63,944 bases of DNA, filler included, from Reticulomyxa filosa (GCA_000512085.1; 25 parts of 25 records of this genome joined end to end with filler, not necessarily neighbours in it), one strand, 5' to 3'; shown: positions 26,268 through 39,045, counted from the first letter of the whole stretch. The notes: generated by a model not told the origin, from the sequence alone. A program made the numbers and translations.

Positions 26268-27306
26268 GTGTTTGCAACGGTATATTCGCTATTTGATTTG
26301 CCAGAAGCTCACGCAAGATAACAAGCAAGTGGTACTAAAGCAGCTGCGAAAACTGCCATGGGATGAAAGCGAAACAAGGGACTTTGTCATTGCTACTTTA
26401 TTTGACGTTCGCTATTTGAAATTTGAGTTTTGTAAATCATATTGTATTATCTATAATACAATATATATATATATATATATATATAAATATATATATGTAT
26501 ATATATATATATATTTATATATATTTATATGAATGTATTTACTTATATGAAATGTTTGCTTTATAGTCGTATTGACTCAGTGGCGGCCATATGCTCTGGC
26601 TTAGATGTGTTCCACGGCATTGGAGCGGAAATCGCAGATGCGATTCTCGAGGAAATTCGATTGGGCCTGGAAGAAAACGACTTTAACCAAAACCAGCCGC
26701 GTCTGACGTATATGAAATATCTTGGCGAATTGTACGCGTACAAACTTATCAACACGCAAGTTTTGTTTGATACGTTGTACTTGCTCATCCGCTTTGGTCT
26801 TAACGCGCAGCTTCAGTCCTTGGACACGGAAAAAAACTGGCAAGAGGAAGACGTCATTGTCAAACACTTTGGCTATCGCAAGTTGGATGGCGAAGAGCAG
26901 AAACCTTTCCTCCCCAGTACGGAATGGAGTGATTTATTTCGCATTCAATGTATCTGTCAATTGTTGGAAACATGCGCAAATTATTACAGCAAGTTTTGTT
27001 TTATTTTGTTTGTTCTTCCTCTTCTCTTTTCCCTCCTGCTCCCTTTCTAAAACATCACACAAGTTTGTTGAATGCATGTACAGACGTCTAAAAAGTCGCT
27101 ATGATCGGTTTCTATTGTATTTCCAACAATTTGTAATACTGAAGCAACCTCTTCCGTTGGATATCGAGTGGTGGGTCGACGAAATGTTCGACAGATATCA
27201 CTACAAAAAGCTTGCCAAATGGGAGGATGTGCAAGCAGCTATCGCGACAATTGAATCTGCAGAAATGATCAAATCGGACGTCACGCTTGCCGACGACGAC
27301 GACGAC
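26268..27306 (+). CDS. UPF2: Nonsense-mediated decay factor UPF2, third MIF4G domain and start of the acidic tail, partial
   Basis: VLKQLRKLPW, EEIRLGLEEN, KYLGELYAYKL, FDTLYLLIRFG, DLFRIQCICQLLETC and DRFLLYFQ...PLDIE are UPF2 MIF4G-3 signatures. Two GT-AG introns. Confidence 0.93.
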
Positions 27307-28676
27307 NNNNNNNNNNNNNNNNNNNNNNNNNNNNNNNNNNNNNNNNNNNNTTAATTAATTAANNNNNNNNNNNNNNNNNNNNNNNNNNNNNNNNNNNNNN
27401 NNNNNNTTATTCACTTTTCTTGAGTAATGATTTTTTTCCAGAAGAAAAAATTTTTTCCCTTTTTAGAAAAGTTCTTTTGAGCGTTACAAATGTAGTTTGG
27501 CTTTCTTTCTTTAAATAACCTAACAAATCAAATTTCTACAACATGGGACTCGCTCGTGAAAGTTCCTTCACCAATGCACTCCTCTGCAAAAATGCAACAG
27601 TTACCGAAAAAGAAAGAACAGAGTCAGCATAAACCCAAGACACTCAAAATAACAACATTATTCGAAAAAAAGGCGCCATCATCGCGGCCCAAACAAATTG
27701 TCTATTGTGCTCTCCCTTTCTCCTGATATTGGAAACATTCGGTTTGATGTTGTATATCTATCTTCACAGTCGAAGCGATGACACCAATTTCATGCATCAA
27801 GCACTTTCACAACAAACAACAAACTGAATATGAAAAAGAAAAGGTCCGTCTTGAATTTTTTCTTTCTTTCTTTTTTATTCTGCTGTGGATTAGAATTTGA
27901 TTTTTTGGTTTGATTATATTGTTTGTACTTGATTTTACGTTCAAATACGAGTCCACATTTTTGCACACCATATCTTGTTGAAAAATTGTTTGCTCCATTC
28001 GTCAACACCAATATCAGAGCATTTCTCTGTGACTCTGCATCACTGACTACTTTTGACTTTTATTTTTTAAAAACAGTTTACTTTTGTATTTCCAATCACA
28101 AGTGAAAATAAAATTCCAACAGTATTTCGAGGCACATATTCATAAAAATTTACACAAAAAATAAGCACATCTGCTATGTGTTTAAAGAAACAAATGAAAA
28201 ATTTTTTAAATGTTATATGTTCATTTTAACAGAGTGTTTCCTTTGGTTGTCAAAAAAAAAAAAAAAAAAAAAGGCTAAAAAAGATGGGAACATCTCCAAC
28301 TGCAATAGAAGAAAATTTTTGCCCAAATTGTGGTATCGCGTCAGTTGATACAAAACTAAAATCATGTGTTCGTTGCCATCTTCATATTCAGCCCTCACCA
28401 ACAAAGCGACACTGGCTTGGAAATCTAGTAAAGTAAAAAATGTGTTTTTTTTTCGAGAGTGAAACAACAACACGAAACACTACAAAATAATAATAATAAT
28501 AATAATGTTCGATTTACTTTCATTATTCAGTATCAATCATCAGAGAGTCGTCCAAAGATAATACAAATGAAGATCANNNNNNNNNNNNNNNNNNNNNNNN
28601 NNNNNNNNNNNNNNNNNNNNTTAATTAATTAANNNNNNNNNNNNNNNNNNNNNNNNNNNNNNNNNNNNNNNNNNNN

Positions 28677-29600
28677 TTTTTTCTTTTTTTTCTCTTTTAA
28701 TCTTTTTTTTCATTTTTTACCATTGCCATTTTTTTTTTTCATTTTCAAATATTTTTTCTTCTCATTTTTATTTTTTTCATTTTCTTTCACTCCCTTTTTT
28801 CTAACCATTTTTGCATTTTTTTTTTCCCCTCCCTTTTTTCTACATCCCTTTCTTTTTTCCCAAATTTCCCAATCCCTCTCAAATAGAAAATAAAAATAAA
28901 ACATAAAAATAAAATATAAAAAAAACTTTCCAATCTTTGCTATTGAATCCTATAAAGCACATCAACAAATAAAAAATTTTTTTCATTTTTTAAAGAAAAA
29001 AACAAAAAACACACCTTGACTGTGAGCTTAAAGCTCCAATTCCAATCTACCTAAATTTTTTTCTTTGTCACATTAGGGGGAGGGGGGAAGGAGGAACAAA
29101 TTTCTTTTTTGATGGGGGCATGCCTATTGACACACAAACATTCGATAAAAAAAAATTAAAAAAATAAAAAAATAAAAATACAAACTCTTTCATTTTTTTT
29201 TCAATGCGGGGTGGCTTCAACCCCGAAGTTTTTCTTTGCATTGAGTGGGGATGAGGATTTACACAATCATTTTTTTTGGAAAGACGGGTTGCGGCTGTTA
29301 ATCAAAAAACAAACAAAGTAAATTTGTCAAAAATAAAAAATATAAATATAAATATAAACAAACCTTTTATACTCCTTACGGAGACGGGGAGCCTTACCCC
29401 ATATTCAAATTTCTTTTTTTTTCTCTTGCAGAATGATGCACAGCATCCAAATAAAAAGACATATTTTTTTATTTTTGCAGAGTTTGCGATCTGTTCAAAA
29501 CAAAACAATTTAAGTTGAAAAATAATTAAAAAAAATAAAAAAGACATACTAGTGTTTGCGAAGATGGTGACGATCACCCTAATTACGGACTGTTGCGAGA
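28677..29600. mobile_element. Non-autonomous repeat/MITE-like element, same family as 18843-19434
   Basis: T-rich arm, shared internal block, A-rich arm, then terminal GATGGTGACGATCACCCTAATTACGG (reverse complement resembles 18843-18888). No coding capacity. Confidence 0.4.
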
Positions 29601-30071
29601 AGAGACAACCAAAGAAAGAAAAAAAAAAGACCTTTTTTTCTTAAGTAAGACATAAACGCACAACTCATAAATGTTGATAAAAAAGATGCAATTTGCAATT
29701 TTTTGTAATATTTTGAAATTTTTGACAAAACAACTTGAAAAAAAATAATTGTTCAAATTTTTGTATATTATTTCATTTTTGATTTGTGATTCCAAAAATA
29801 GATTAACCACAAATAATTGAAAATTAATTTTTTTTTTTNNNNNNNNNNNNNNNNNNNNNNNNNNNNNNNNNNNNNNNNNNNNTTAATTAATTAANNNNNN
29901 NNNNNNNNNNNNNNNNNNNNNNNNNNNNNNNNNNNNNNTTAAAATTAATAAAAGTACAAATGCACATACACACAAAAAATTTTTTTTAAGATGGTTGATT
30001 AAAAAAAAAAAAAAAAAATTTAAATATACACATGACATATAAGAGTTATACATTACATACATCTATATACG

Positions 30072-30104
<33 letters not shown>

Positions 30105-30109
30105 GCATA

Positions 30110-30705
30110 CAGACACAATTTAAACTTTGCATTTGGTCCTGCTCACTTTCATCAGCTCCATTCACTAACTTCACACTTCCACCTTTTGGTGTTTTTATTC
30201 TCATATTTTCTATCAATTTTTGACTTGCCTTTGTGATGCTATTGTCTTCAGAATTTTTGCCATTTGTCTCGGCCACTTCCAACTCCTGTGTTCCCACCTT
30301 TTCTTTACTTCTTTCCACTGGGCTGTTTGGAATGCTTATTGACATCTTGTTTCTATTTCCCAACACTGCATCCGAAGATTTCACCTTCTTATTGCTGCCA
30401 CCTTTTCGATGCTTTTTTTTGAAATAGATGCTAGTTGTGTCAATCCCTGGATTGCTTGGTGTCTTTGCATCTGTACTTGGTCTCGTTGGTGTCTCAAATA
30501 CATTCGATAATAGACTTATGCTCTGCCGTTTCTCTGTGCGTTCATTGTTGTCGCTTCCGTCTCTCTCCAAATCGTTTTTGTCGTCGTCCGCTTCATTTTC
30601 CCCCATTGTCATGCTTAGCTCTTCCAACATTTTTGCTCGGTTTGCTTTATTTCCATTTTCCATTGAAGAAACAACGTCTGTTTTGGTATTAGATGATTGT
30701 GCCAT
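30110..30705 (-). CDS. Hypothetical low-complexity protein, first exon
   Basis: ATG-initiated ~200-codon S/K/N/E-rich ORF running into an intronic (ATATGT)n repeat. Divergent from the RRM gene. Confidence 0.55.
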
Positions 30706-31118
30706 GTTGCTTCTGCATCACAAAATTCAAAAAAAAACTGTAAACTTACTTCTGGAAAGAAAACTGTTCCGACCAGAAACAATTATAGTTGTGCTCTTTT
30801 AAAAATATTTCCTCAAAACTCTTTGAAAAATATTCAAATGAAATCCAGGACTCAACAATTACCTAAGCTTTTGTGCATGCTTTGCATATTTTAATATTTT
30901 TCAAAGAGGAGAGTTGAAGAAAAAGCCGTTATATCATCAAATATTTTTTATTTGTGATGGCGTGTTTGTCATTAGCACGAAGAATAATTTGTGTTGCCAA
31001 TCACGTTAATTAATTTTTAGGTACTTTGGTTTCAAATACTAAACAAAAAAAGACAGCAGCAAAAGAAGAGAGGTCCTGTTTCGTTAACAACTTTTAAAAA
31101 ACATAGGTGGAAGTTGAA

Positions 31119-31850
31119 ATGGATGGAACTCCTTTGGATCAATTGCAATTTCTGTTGCAACCATTCGATAGCAAAGAGCTTCAAGAACTTATTTTAGACA
31201 TATGTAAGTCTGAACCTGAAGGCAGCAATCCTTTCACCCGGAAAATTCTGGAACGCTGCAAAATTCACCGTAAATGGTGCAAACTCTTTGTCCATCAACT
31301 ATCCTACAAAACAACCAAAGAAGATTTAGTCAAAGTTATGATTTTTTTTTTTTTTTGAAGTAACAATCCCGAAAGTATAATGCAGCAAAGCTATTTCTGT
31401 CATAGAAAGAAAGACGACAATGAACAAAAGAAAAGGACTTTTGTTTTGCCTTCTGTTTATTTTTTGTGAAACAACAATGAAAACATAGTTTTATTCGCAA
31501 TTTGGTAACGTGACCGAGGCAGTAATATTGATGCACAAGAACGGCAATAGCAAAGGGTATGGATTTGTTACATTTGCTAATGCTGATGATGCAATTGCAG
31601 CGTCAAGAGTTTTCTAACAAAAACAAAAAAAAAAAATTGAAAAAAGGATCGATAATTGGATTTAAAAAAAAAAAAAAAGGAAGAAGAAAGAAAAATCGAC
31701 GGCCGAGTGACTCATTGCACTTTAGCGTGGCGAGGTAACCCTAAGAAACAGCCAAACCCACCATGGTCTCCAAACACGAAAGAATCAGTGGACGACCGCC
31801 GCTTGTTTGTCCATCAATTGGCCTGGAAAACAACTGACGAAACCTTGAGG
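31119..31850 (+). CDS. Two-RRM RNA-binding protein (UBP1-associated protein 2-like), partial
   Basis: N-terminal LQFLLQPFDSKELQELI helix, RNP2 KLFVHQLSYKTT, RNP1 KGYGFVTF, KIDGRVTHCTLA, and a second RNP2 RLFVHQLAWKTT. Three exons. Confidence 0.85.
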
Positions 31851-32133
31851 TTAGTTGAGACAGTGAGAAAATGAAAGCGTCAAGGAGGAAACTGTTTGTG
31901 TGTATTTCCTCTCAAAATGGGCCTTTCGAATATGCGTCAATCATTTTTCAGTGTGCCCTGTTCTTCTCCCCTTTTTTTTTATTTTTTTAGTTTAACGTAG
32001 TNNNNNNNNNNNNNNNNNNNNNNNNNNNNNNNNNNNNNNNNNNNNTTAATTAATTAANNNNNNNNNNNNNNNNNNNNNNNNNNNNNNNNNNNNNNNNNNN
32101 NTATTATTATTATTATTAAAAAAAAAAGATCAA

Positions 32134-33717
32134 TACTTGTCAAAGTGGTTTTGTGTCTTTTTCCACAGAGCCTGAAAAGACACCATCGCTCCAGCGGACA
32201 TGGTCGAGGTGAGAAACATTTGACTGGAAGTAGCGAGGGACTCGGAAGCGAAGGAAGGATATTTTTTTTGGGCGCCTTGAAACATAAGGAGCCCTCCAGC
32301 AAAGGTTAAAATGACAGTGGAAAACAAGGAAAACCAGGAGTTGAGAGTATTGTTCAAAGCGTTCATGTACTCCATGGACATTTGTTTCCAATGGACTTCG
32401 TTTCGAAGTTGGCAAAACTCTTCCACCAATCGTGGCTCTTTGCTATAGCTACGAACTGTGCGTATATTTTCGAACCCCTCACGACAAATCTGAAACAGGT
32501 CGTGGTTCAATTTTTCGACTACGCGAATATTCCCGTAATGAAAGCGACTGAACAGCATTGTTAAATATGATAGTGGCCCCAACGTGCTCAATGCCAGTAA
32601 TGTGAGTCTCCAAGACAGCGACCAGCATATGTATAAACCTCCAATAAAGCCCGCAACTGACCATTTTTTTTTGAAAAAACGTATAAACATATATAAAAAG
32701 ATTCAAAACAAAACAAAAGCAAGTATTAACCATCATGAATGAATGAACCGACAATGGTTTGAAATGGTGCCAACATATCTCGCAAACCCCATTCCAATCG
32801 TTCGGATAAACTTCCGACACTCGATCCATCAAAAAACACAGTATCCTGCGCCATAATGCGACTACACAAAAAACAACAACAATTGGAATCATACTCTTTC
32901 TTGTAATTATAAAAAAAAAAAAAAAAAAGAAATCAGTATACGTAAAATGAAAAAAAAAAAAATAAATTTGATTGTTACATTAACTGGTATAACATTTGTT
33001 GTATTTTACAATAAACTTGCTCTTTGGACTGATTCATGATCATTTTGTGTATACTTGCCAAAGCTTCAGACACAATAGTGAAGAGGACAAACTTTTCAAT
33101 GCTCGCGACAAAAGCATCCCATCGCATTTCCAAAACCAAATCCAGCAGCTTTCCTTTTTTGGAAGGCATGGTCAGCTCTAAGTACGTATTCAAAGACATG
33201 CAAATCATCCCAAACAGCAGCCACCATCGGTGAGGGAGATAAAACTCAAACAATCTCGTCAGGTATTCCATGACGCCGACTTCAGCATCCTGCGACATCG
33301 ATACGCCGCTATCACTTCGTAACTGGTTCTCGGCCACGGCCCTTGCTTGGTTGCCACTCTTCCAACATTTCTTGCACACATCAAAATCGCACTTGCTGCA
33401 GCGATACCCTTTCTTTGAGATCTTTTCCCAGCACAAGTCGCAAGTGGCTCGTAACGTACGCAAGTACAACGCGTGAGTGTGGATTCGCGGATTGAAATAC
33501 TTGTTATCCGACTCCGTACTGTCTTCGATGTACAAACGACATGCATAAATTTCCAAGTGACACAACGCCACGACAATTGCAAACAACACGATCATTGAAG
33601 TCGAGTCGTCACTGAAGATCGTTATCTTAAACCCGATCCATGCTTGAAAGCATGTCATGCTTGTGAATAATAGCAGCCACAGCGTGCCTTGCCAAAACTC
33701 GGCTATATCTTGGGGAT
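32134..33717 (-). CDS. ABCB (TAP/ABCB10-like) transporter transmembrane region with an N-terminal C1/DC1-like zinc-binding domain, partial
   Basis: IMAQDTVFFDGSSVGSLSERL, SWRLTLLAL and EGFENIRTVRSYSKE are ABC_membrane motifs. HTHAL...CDLC...YRCSKCDFDVCKKC lies upstream. Three exons. Confidence 0.9.
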
Positions 33718-33973
33718 CTTGATTGTTGTACTTTTTTTTTTTTTATTTTGTTTTATTTTATTTGAATTTGAATTTTATTAACCCTTNNNNNNNNNNNNNN
33801 NNNNNNNNNNNNNNNNNNNNNNNNNNNNNNTTAATTAATTAANNNNNNNNNNNNNNNNNNNNNNNNNNNNNNNNNNNNNNNNNNNNTTTTTTTTTTTTTA
33901 AAGATAAGAATTGTGCAAAAAAAAAAAAAAAAAACAAACAAACAAATAAATAAATAAATAACGATAGAAATAG

Positions 33974-35690
33974 TGAACGAGTTGCAGCATGGCATTGAAG
34001 GATTTGATTTGAATATATCACAACAAATATGTGACGACAATCAACCAACACAAATGCAAGACGCCGGAAGCTACTTTGTCATGAGACACATGTTGAATTA
34101 TCCTGGTCCATGGACAGCACTGATGACAGGACCAGACTGTTATGGATACAAAGTGTCCGCTGAAGCTGTGAAAAAAGATAAAGTAATGTTGTTATTTTTT
34201 TTTAGTTTTTTTTTTTTTTTTTTTTTTGAACTATAACTCGTCACACTTTTTTTCAATACACACATACACACGTGACAAACCCCCCTTTTTTATTTATAAA
34301 AATATGGTTCCATCACATTAACAATTTATGAACCCTCTCTCGCCCTCTTTGCAAATCTTTCTGTATTTTTATATAGCTTTCATTTTTAAAAGTATTGTGT
34401 GTTTGTTTGTGTTTTATATATATAAAAAAAAAGTACGTCTTGGTAGGAACCTATGGACAAAATAATGTAGAAGGTGTTTGGGAGCACACATGGATGAATC
34501 GCAACAATGCATTAATCAAATCAAATCTCAACTTTGTTTCCGGAGTATGTCTCTCTCTCTCTATCTTCAAATTGTCATTATCAAAGCAAACAAAAAAAAA
34601 AAAAAGAAAATGAACATTCAAAAAAAAACTTTTAATTTTATTCAAAAATTCCAGATTTTTCTTGGTTTTTTTTTTTTTTTAGGAAGAAAAAGGGGGAGGG
34701 GAAGAGGGAACAAACAAAAAAAAAAATTATTTTGAGGTCTTATGTTTTTTAGTGTTTCTTTTGCTGCGTTGCCAAACATAGTTCAAATCGCCGCAGCAAC
34801 AACAAATGGAAATGATGATGGGTGGAGGAGTGCGCTTTCCGTCCGCTTTGGGAAATTTGGACTGCAGGTTCCCAAAACTTGCTTGCCGGGTCAGATTTGA
34901 TATGATAAGCAATGGTTATGTTTTGTTGTATGAAAAAAAAAAAAAAAAGGAATCAAAAATCTTTTTATTGCATATACGTATACAACACGAAAAATGTGTA
35001 TTGTATTATTGTCTATGTGATTTTTTTTTTTCCTCCTCCGTTCTTCCATTGCTCCTTTGATAAAACAAATTAAAAAAAAAAAATCGCAAAAAAAAAAAAA
35101 AAGAGGCATCGTTGTCTTTCAATCGAAAAATAACCAGTCGATGGGCTCTTGGAGCAAAAATTGGTACTTCATATGACGTCCGAAAGTCGTGGCTGGAATT
35201 TGGAACTCGATATGAGTTTGGGGCATTGAAAGCTCAAAGTAGACCATATCAACACTGCATTGAAGCATTGTGGCGAAAAGACAGTTGGCTTTTGCAATTA
35301 TTTTACACCAACAATGTTACTGATAATTTTGCTTTGACATCTCGTTTGTCATGGCAAATCGGGACGACGGACAAAATACAGTCGTCAATTGGATATAAAG
35401 TTTTGTAATTTTTCCTTTTTTTTTTTTTTTTTTTGAGGGAATACATGCATGCAATTGTTTACTTTAAACTAAACAAATAGTTTCAATTTGGAAAAGCGTT
35501 AGGCGCAGGCAAGACAATTATTGGTGAAATTGCCTCAGACGGACGCGTATGTCAATCGATAACACTGCCTCTTTTGCCAACAATGATGCTTCGTTGTTAT
35601 GGTGAACTAAACCATTGGACGACCCCAGAGTTGATGCAAAGAGGGTTGGTACCACATAAATTTGGTGTCCAACTTAACGTTCATATTTGA
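33974..35690 (+). CDS. TOM40: Mitochondrial outer-membrane import channel Tom40 (porin-3 family), 5' end missing
   Basis: Five exons. IEGFDLNISQQI near the N-terminus, amphipathic beta-strands (SFNRKITSRWALG, SSIGYK/FQF), and C-terminal GEIASDGRV...GELNHW...HKFGVQLNVHI*, typical of Tom40. Confidence 0.82.
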
Positions 35691-37329
35691 ACCATTTCCG
35701 CCCAAGACATCAAAAAGAAAAAAAAAAACAAGACTCAATGATAAGAAAATCATTGGGTGTGTTTCGCTGTTGTTGTAAAGTTCGGATACGAGCAAAGAAA
35801 ACAAAATCAAAAGATCGAAAACATATAAAGGGAACGCACAGTAACAAATTTGTTGTTTGTTATGCTTGTTTTTTCCCTTACAACTGGTGACGACTGGTCT
35901 GATCCACAATAAACTGACCACTTTACGTTTTAGATACTCACATTCTTTTGTAAGACAAACTATCTGGACTCTGTTGCACTGCTATCAACTGAACTTTTTC
36001 TTTGCTTTATTCAAATTATTTGCTGTCGCCTTTGTTTCACCTTTTTTATTCCAAAAAAATTTTTATTTTAAGTAATAACACTGACGCATAATTTTTCTAA
36101 TCCAGCTGTTATAACACGGAACGTTGCAGTACTAATAAAAAATGCCCTTTCGTAGCGGTAGAAATTTCCGAAAGTTAATGTTGCCATCCTATTATACTCT
36201 TTAACATGTATAAAATAGTAAGTTGTTGATATCTTTTTCTATGTCGGAATTGGTAGTTTTTATGAAAGCGTGGACAAAATGTAAATGTTGAAATGGTATT
36301 CTTGAGATATACATTTGCAGAGTAAATACAAATCTATATACTTTTCAAACGCTAAACATCAAAGCCATTTTTGGATCCGCAGTATGTAAATATTATCTGA
36401 TTGTAAATAATTATAAAGATTGATTTAGTGATCTTTTTTCTGTCGTTTGTACATTAAAATAGGACTTATGAATATAATCTTGCTTAATGAAAAATAACAT
36501 TTGATATCACTTTTATTTAAGAAATTTCTTGTGTTATTGTTTTTTCAAATCTTTACTTTATGTCAGCACATTTTTTAAGATGAAATGTTTCTTCATAGAG
36601 AAATGTAATCCTCATAGATTACATTTTATGTCCCCGGTTTTTAATAATCAATATACAGTCCTATACGATTACCAACTTCGACATCTGTTTTAGACAAATG
36701 TAAATATCGTTGATAATTTTCAATATTTTTTCGTAATAAGTGTTAGCTTTTCAAAATACCAAAATCAATGTACAATTCATTATTAGAATATTTAAAAATA
36801 TCATTAATTATTTACAAATAATCGTTTCAATTTTACAATGTCACGTTCTGAACAAGTTAACCCTTATAATTTGCTTTCGTACTTATCGTTCATGCAAACA
36901 ATGCAATGAATTTATCATATGATTTTATTGAATGCTAACTTGATCTTTTCTTTTTATGTGCGTTCGGCAATTGTTTTGAATTGATACATTATGATTCTAC
37001 GAAACAAAAAAACAATAAAAAAAACACTTAAATTTATTTTTTGAAAAAAGAATAATTTTTGAAATTACAAATATGATAATAATTATTTTCAAAAAGTGTT
37101 ATGCATGTGTGATTTTTCGGAACCACCCCCCTATNNNNNNNNNNNNNNNNNNNNNNNNNNNNNNNNNNNNNNNNNNNNTTAATTAATTAANNNNNNNNNN
37201 NNNNNNNNNNNNNNNNNNNNNNNNNNNNNNNNNNTAAATGACTAACATATAAATTTCACACACAAACGAGTATAATATATTGAATGTTATTTTATAAAGA
37301 GTTTTCAGTTAGCGAACAAATGATCTTTT

Positions 37330-38262
37330 TCATGAGAGGAAAACACTGTCAACAAACAAACACAAAGCAAGCCATTGAAGATTTTCAAACAAAGGAGAAT
37401 CAGATTTTGAAAGAAAAAGTTAATAATGAAGAAAACATATTATTTCACACATAATCAAACGACATATAGTCAGATAGCTTGTTGCAGATAAATTTGAAAC
37501 TATATCAGACATTAAGAAGCTGTTACAAAATTAAGATAACGTTGTTGTTTCCAGACAAACGGTCAGCATAGCGCTTAAGACTATGGTGATACTGCTATAA
37601 TAAAGAAAAAGAATTTGTACTTATCGTAGGATCATAAAAAACTTCTATTATAATTTGCAAGAGCGTACAAAGATTGGAAATATAATGTTCTATGACTAGA
37701 CAAATATGAATATACATAGCAGCGATAGTGTTCGATATATTTGGAAAAAGCCTGAAGGCCATTCCGATGGAAAAACAATGCGTAAATCTAGAATATTAAG
37801 TTAATGATCATTATTGTTTGGTCTTATATTGGATTTTGATTAGTTGGCTGTGTATGCATAGTTGATCGATTGCTTGATTCTTCATTATATCAAGATATAC
37901 TTGGCGCTGAAATGCTTGGTAGTGTTTAATCTTGCTTATGCGACACAGATAATTGGATTTTTCAGCAGGATAATGTGTCATTTAACAAATCGATATTTAC
38001 GCAAAGATAGTTTGAATAGAATGAAATAAATCTGATTGAATTCACTAAGAACAGTCATATCTAAATCATATTGAGAACATATGGTGAATCTTAAGTGTAC
38101 AGTTTCTCAGGAAGGCCTTTTTCTACCAAAGAAGATCTTTTTAAGGAGTTTGGCAAACAATAGTATAATATAGAAGTTGATTTATTTGAAAAACCAATTG
38201 ATTCTATGCCAAATGTAATGCGTGCTTTGATCTAAGCTAAAGGTGATACCACCAAATGGTGA
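37330..38262 (+). mobile_element. Degenerate Tc1/mariner (IS630-Tc1) transposase
   Basis: Broken frames retain FARAYKDW, IIVWS, LDSSLYQDIL, WIFQQDN (37954-37974), LNHIENIW (38061-38084) and C-terminal AKGDTTKW*. Many stops. Confidence 0.85.
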
Positions 38263-39045
38263 TTGATATTGTCTTTTATGATTTTGATTGTAAATAAAGT
38301 GCTTTGTGGAAAAAAAGAGCAATATTTTGGAATTTTAAAACATTTATTATATCAATAGTTTTTTAAGTTCAAAAAGTGAACTTTTTTATTAACTACAAAA
38401 AATTTAATAATTTTAATTGTATAATATAAATCAACAAAGATATAACTATCAAATTTTAGGCAATTGAACAACAGTATAAGTTCAATATATATGTAAAATT
38501 ACATACATGAAAACGTAAACTAACTAATTTTGAAAAACAAAAAAAGTTGGCATTTGTTTTTGTTTGAATTAAATTTTTGCAATTATACAGAAAATGCATA
38601 TCAATGTTATTTTGAAAGCTGTTATATGTTAGCAATGAAAGAGTAAAACAGCTAGTGACATTTGAAGCTAGAATTTTTTGACAGTTTAAGATAGAAAAAT
38701 AAATTAATAAGATTGCAAATTTTAATGTAGGAAAATACCAATGTTTTATAAAATGCTAAAAATATTTGTGATTGATAAAAAAAAAATGAAATACTTTTTG
38801 AAGCAGTTGAAGGTTTGTTGATGTTTAAATAAATTTTGAAAAAAAATGTTGATTTTTGACTAAGAGACTTAAGTATCTTTAAAGTACCGTTTTGCTACGC
38901 TTTTGTCCCTACCTTGTTTTTTTTTCCGATAATTCTTTTTGTTTGCTGTCGCGAAATGTTGCAGTTTTTTGAACACTGGAACTAATTGTGTGTATGAATT
39001 GCATTTTTTTTAAAATTAGTCTTCTTTTTTTTTTAATTGCGCGCT

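Noticed and set aside
26455-26530. (AT)n, (ATATAC)n and (GTCGTT)n arrays (also 30065-30105, 52115-52178, 22017-22043)
   Set aside because: Ordinary intronic microsatellites with no spacer structure.
28710-28904. Lysine-rich ORF
   Set aside because: Product of the low-complexity arm of a dispersed repeat.
36654-37134. TACAGT... and ...GGAACCACCCCCTA as transposon termini
   Set aside because: No matching partner end or TSD is visible within the contig.
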